Source: Neobacillus sp. PS3-12
GTDB lineage: Bacteria > Bacillota > Bacilli > Bacillales > Cytobacillaceae
Direction: 5' to 3'
NCBI RefSeq assembly: GCF_030915385.1
Contig: NZ_CP133268.1
Location: forward strand, 2,097,430 to 2,161,429
DNA length: 64,000 nucleotides
The translations under genes were made by a program, and so were the position numbers. Below are positions 60,019-64,000 of the stretch, in pieces; the first letter of the stretch is position 1, and every line of letters begins with the position of its first letter. A model generated the notes under the pieces. That model was not told the DNA's origin, searched no databases, and saw only the letters and a list, made by a program, of their open reading frames with translations.

Positions 60019-61857
60019 TTACTTAAAATATTGTAATAAGGCGATAAGCTCTGATTCATGAACAGGCAATTCCTTTTCGTCAAGAATCTTTTTGATTTCC
60101 CTCAAGTGTTGCTTATTTTTCTCCGAGATTGAATGGCCGTTAAACATGAAGTCGTCATATTGCTTATCAAAGTAGTATCGGTGAACCATTAAGAATATGT
60201 GAAGTTGCAGGGCCTGCAGCCTTGCTTCCATAATGTCTTCCCGAAACTCCGAGAGGATTTCCTGTTGCACTTCAAATCCTTTTAAAATAATCTCCTGGCT
60301 GATATCCTCACTATCTTCATCCAACGGGTTCTGCTCCTCAAAAAGTGAATTGGACTGAGACCGTGGATGTTTTTTCATCAACCTGTCTACCGTTTCACGA
60401 ATCTTTTGAATATCATGTTTGGACGGAATGGCATCCACCACGATGACCTGTATTTCCGCTTTTATCGGAAAAACACTGATAATCAGGTCGACGTTCTCTT
60501 TTTTGCATAATTCTTCTACCTTCATCATGGAGCAATGGCCCACCAGGTCGATTTCACGGATTTCTTTTTCCACCCGGCTTTTAATCAGCCTTGCAACCCC
60601 TCTGCCTGTGGAGCAGACATATAAGGCCCGAACTTTTGCCCATTTGGTAAACGTATTTTCAAACGATGCCAAAAAATGCAGGGTAATAAAGGATACAAAA
60701 TATTCCTGATTAGCCATTACGGATGCTCCCAAGAATTTCTCGCATGCTTTCAAAACATGTTCAAAAAGTTTCGGGTAATGATGCTTGATCTCATCGGCAA
60801 ACGGATTATCTTCCACCATATTAAACATGCCTCTTTGCAGACGGAGTGACAGATGGGCAAACAAGTTGCTGAAAAGTCTCGGGTCTCTCCGATATTCAAT
60901 GCCTTCCAGTTCTCCAACATAGCCGATAATACCGTTTGTAACCTGAATTAAATCAATTCCGTTTTTCTCCGTCTTAATTTCCCCAGAGATATAAAGGAAC
61001 TCGTTTTCCAATAGCGGCAATTCCAATTCGGAAAAGACACCCTCCATAAAGGAAAGAACAAACAGCGAAATATTGTCTGTATAATGTTTCTTATTCAAAA
61101 CCCGGTAACCTTTTAATGCCTCTCCCAAAATTAACCGCTTAATCGAAACCGTAACCCGGATTAAAAGTGCGATCAGATCTGATTGCTGAAACAGATCGGA
61201 AACCTCAGTCCGATATAATTGACTTAAATGTTTGACGGCAACGGTATAGAAGGGAAGCAAGGAATGTTCGATCAAAAGTCCCTGTCCGTCCACCTGCTCA
61301 TGATTGGTAATCATGGTCATCATTTGATAGATATCGTAATTCGTCAGGCCTGAATAAATCAGGTGTTCAAGCAATAATCGGAGATGAAGTTCCTCCCCGA
61401 CAAGCCTGTACCCTCTGCGCCTTGCCCTCTCGAGCTTGATTTTCCAGGGAGCAACAAACTCATCCACCAGGTTCATATCATTTAAAATGGTATTCCGGCT
61501 CACCAGGAGACTGTCGGCGAATTCCGCCGCCGTCAGATATTCATCTTTCAGCAACAGCATCAACAAAATTTTCCTCAGACGAAAATTCGGATCGGGAATC
61601 TGATTTTGACGCTCGTTTCCCAAAATTTCATTTAAGGCCTGACTCCGTGTCTCTTCATCGCCATTTACCCAAATCCCTTTGCCTGGTTGTGAGTCAACCT
61701 CCATTTGATGGGCTTTGAACCAATCTCTTACTTGGCTGAGATCATTTTTAATCGTTCTGGTACTAATATTAAAATCCTCTGACAACTCTTTAGTTGTAAT
61801 AGGCACCCTTGATTCCAAAAGTTTGGTTGCAATCTTAAGTTCTCTTTCAGTTAGCAT
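60019..61857 (-). CDS. PRD-containing transcriptional activator (HTH-PRD-PRD-EIIB-EIIA; MtlR/LicR/BglG family)
   Basis: 612 aa; N-terminal HTH; two PRDs; 'LYVCSTGRGVARL' EIIB-like segment. Confidence 0.8.
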   Translation of the reverse strand: MLTERELKIATKLLESRVPITTKELSEDFNISTRTIKNDLSQVRDWFKAHQMEVDSQPGKGIWVNGDEETRSQALNEILGNERQNQIPDPNFRLRKILLMLLLKDEYLTAAEFADSLLVSRNTILNDMNLVDEFVAPWKIKLERARRRGYRLVGEELHLRLLLEHLIYSGLTNYDIYQMMTMITNHEQVDGQGLLIEHSLLPFYTVAVKHLSQLYRTEVSDLFQQSDLIALLIRVTVSIKRLILGEALKGYRVLNKKHYTDNISLFVLSFMEGVFSELELPLLENEFLYISGEIKTEKNGIDLIQVTNGIIGYVGELEGIEYRRDPRLFSNLFAHLSLRLQRGMFNMVEDNPFADEIKHHYPKLFEHVLKACEKFLGASVMANQEYFVSFITLHFLASFENTFTKWAKVRALYVCSTGRGVARLIKSRVEKEIREIDLVGHCSMMKVEELCKKENVDLIISVFPIKAEIQVIVVDAIPSKHDIQKIRETVDRLMKKHPRSQSNSLFEEQNPLDEDSEDISQEIILKGFEVQQEILSEFREDIMEARLQALQLHIFLMVHRYYFDKQYDDFMFNGHSISEKNKQHLREIKKILDEKELPVHESELIALLQYFK

Positions 61858-62084
61858 AAACTCACCGCTCTACATGTAGTTGGAGTTGAAATCGTTTACA
61901 TATTTATTGTAGTAATAAATGAATATCCTTTAAAGACCAAATACCTTCCCTCGACTTAGGGAAGTATTTTATTGTTTAACTTCAAATATTTTAAATTTTC
62001 ACCCACTGTCTTTTTTGTGGAGCACACCGCCTCCACTCAATCGTTAAATGATTATTACATAACCGACAACTTTAAACGCTTTTC

Positions 62085-62125
62085 CGCTTTCCGTCACATA
62101 GAAGAGTTCTACATCCTTCTAAGGA
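62085..62125. repeat. single R2-family unit
   Basis: ccgtcacatagaagagttctacatcc. Confidence 0.4.
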
Positions 62126-62130
62126 AAAAA

Positions 62131-62181
62131 AGTGCCAGGTAGTACAAAAAGACAAATATGTCTTTTGTACTACCTGGCACT
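62131..62181. repeat. near-perfect 23-bp-arm inverted repeat (agtgccaggtagtacaaaaagaca aatat gtcttttgtactacctggcact)
   Basis: read directly in the sequence. Confidence 0.75.
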
Positions 62182-62206
62182 CAAACTTAAACTAAAGCAG
62201 GAGAAC

Positions 62207-62275
62207 ACGGGGGCGGTTCGCGTGTTTCGAAACAGAGGGACGGGGGTGAAACGTTGGAACCGTCGCCCTGTTCCC
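62207..62275. repeat. GC-rich hairpin element downstream of sdhB (gggcggttcgcgtgtttc ... gaaacgttggaaccgtcgccc); related halves at 37463-37500 and 37638-37672
   Basis: inverted repeat; probable sdh operon terminator. Confidence 0.5.
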
Positions 62276-62277
62276 TT

Positions 62278-63038
62278 TTAGAAACTGCCGAAGAAGTTTT
62301 TAAACGATTGTACCGTTGTTTGCCTGTTTAAATGGGCAATGGAGGTTGTAAGCGGAATTCCTTTCGGGCATACCTGAACGCAGTTTTGAGAACCGCCGCA
62401 GGAGGTAATTCCTCCTTCTCCCATGATCCCTGCCAGTCGTTCTTCCTTGTTCATTTTTCCTGTTGGGTGAGAATTAAACAGGCTAACCTGTGAAATTGGA
62501 GCTGGCCCGATAAAATTGGAAGAGCTATTGACATTTGGACAGGCTTCCAGGCAACAGCCGCATGTCATACATTTTGATAATTCATATGCCCACTGCCGCG
62601 TTTTTCCGGCATTCTCGGACCAGGACCTAAATCATATGTTCCATCAATGGGAATCCAAGCCTTTACTCTTTTTAAAGCATCAAACATCCGCGAGCGGTCC
62701 ACTTTTAAATCACGAATAACTGGAAACGTTGACAGCGGTGCAATTCGAATTGGCTGATCAAGCAGATCAATTAAAGAAGAACAGGCCTGACGTGGTTTTC
62801 CATTAATAACCATGGAGCATGCACCGCAGACCTCCTCTAAGCACGATGATTCCCAATTAACCGGTATGACTTTTTCCCCATTCGCATTAACCGGATGCCT
62901 TTGAATTTCTATTAATGCAGAAATAATATTCATGTTCGGCCGATATGGAATGAAAAACTCCTCGGTGTATGGAGAGGAATTGACATCTTTTTGTCTTTTA
63001 ATGATTAAATGAATTTTCTTATCCTTTTCCATGATCAT
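62278..63038 (-). pseudogene. sdhB: succinate dehydrogenase iron-sulfur subunit SdhB, frameshift at T-run 62601-62605 (1-nt deletion; almost certainly a sequencing artefact)
   Basis: frames join as ...DLGPGPRMPEKTRQWAYELSKCMTCGCCLEACPNVN... Confidence 0.85.
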
Positions 63039-64000
63039 TTCCCTCCTTTTTTTGTTTTGGTATAATCACGTTTTCGCGGTTTAATGAGGGAAATATCAAC
63101 GTCTTGGTAGGAAAGCTCAGGCTGTTTGGTTTCAGAATGATAATGGGCAATAGTTGTTTTTAGCCAGTCATCATCATTCCGGTCTGGAAACTCGGCTTAT
63201 AGTGGGCACCACGGCTTTCATTACGGTTGTAGGCCCCGAGAGTAATGACTTGAGCAAGATTGATCATTCCTTCTAGCTGGCGGACAAACACAGCACTCGA
63301 ATTGCTCCATTTTGCCGAATCTTCGATATTGATATTTTTATAGCGTTCAACAAACTCCTGAAGCTTATCATAGGTCGCTTTTAGTTTTTTATTTTCTCTG
63401 ACGACCGTCACGTTAGCCGTCATCAACTCACCCATCTCTTTATGAAGCAGATAGGCATTTTCCGTTCCGTTCATTTTTAAAATAGATTCATATTTATGAG
63501 CATCTTCCCGTGTTTGCTTTTCAAAAACAGCCCCTGGAAGACTGTCCGTCGGCACTGCAAGTCCTTCCATATACTCCAATGCTTTCGGACCGGCTACCAT
63601 TCCACCATAGACTGCGGATAATAATGAATTGGCTCCAAGCCGGTTGGCCCCATGCTGGGAAAAATCACATTCTCCTGCAGCAAATAAACCTGGAATATTG
63701 GTTTGCTGATTAAGATCCACCCATAATCCGCCCATTGAATAATGAACACCTGGAAAGATTTTCATAGGTACTCTTCGCGGATCTTCGCCGACAAATTTTT
63801 CATAGATTTCCATAATTCCTCCGAGGCGAATATCCAATTGCCTAGCATCGATATGGCTTAAATCAAGGTACACTTTGTTTTCACCATTAATCCCGAGCTT
63901 TTGATTGATGCAAACATCAAAGATTTCCCTGGTTGCAATATCCCTTGGCACAAGGTTTCCGTACGCAGGATATTTTTCTTCTAAAAAGTACCATGGTTTG
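63035..64000 (-). pseudogene. sdhA: succinate dehydrogenase flavoprotein subunit SdhA (C-terminal part; continues beyond the window), frameshift about 63188-63196 (1-nt deletion)
   Basis: frames join as ...RGAHYKPEFPDRNDDDWLKTTIAHYHSETKQPELSYQDVDISLIKPRKRDYTKTKKGGK*; stop overlaps the sdhB start (ATGA). Confidence 0.85.

Noticed and set aside
1-64000. Looked for rRNA/tRNA genes, transposases, integrases and prophage structural genes
   Set aside because: None recognisable. The DUF3967/MerR-like protein, HNH protein and GH25 lysozyme are isolated and do not form a prophage or ICE module.

Overview
This window is low-GC Firmicutes chromosome that looks like a Bacillaceae genome (Bacillus/Neobacillus-type); there are no rRNA or tRNA genes, no transposases and no CRISPR array. 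About 70 protein-coding genes are present. The main ones are: an anaerobic nitrite-ammonification locus (exported protein, then nrfH, then nrfA) with a perfect Fnr/Crp box upstream, plus two Crp/Fnr-family regulators and DUF2249 genes; the yuaF-floT flotillin pair; a complete BceRS-BceAB peptide-antibiotic sensing/detoxification module; an amino-acid ABC system; two APC permeases; two orphan Kin-type sensor kinases; a secreted S53 sedolisin peptidase, a GH25 muramidase and a macrolide-type glycosyltransferase; the 3' part of the sdh operon (sdhA partial, sdhB); and a MetE-like/PhnD-like/acyl-CoA-dehydrogenase-like trio. The most unusual content is a nine-gene operon at 54.5-61.9 kb under a PRD-containing activator. 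It pairs DgaE-like and KDGP-aldolase-like catabolic enzymes with an uncharacterised set of two glycine-rich membrane proteins and small DUF4312-like, SFCGS-motif and PRD proteins, in place of the mannose-family PTS permease genes of the Salmonella dga operon. A DoxX-family membrane protein gene, with a conserved upstream element and in two cases a coupled 38-aa acidic ORF, occurs three times. Intergenic space is crowded with several families of tandem 50-60 bp repeats, including a roughly 540-bp higher-order array of hairpin units. At least ten genes, sdhA and sdhB among them, are interrupted by single-base indels, almost all inside homopolymer runs, which points to homopolymer-type assembly errors rather than real pseudogenes.
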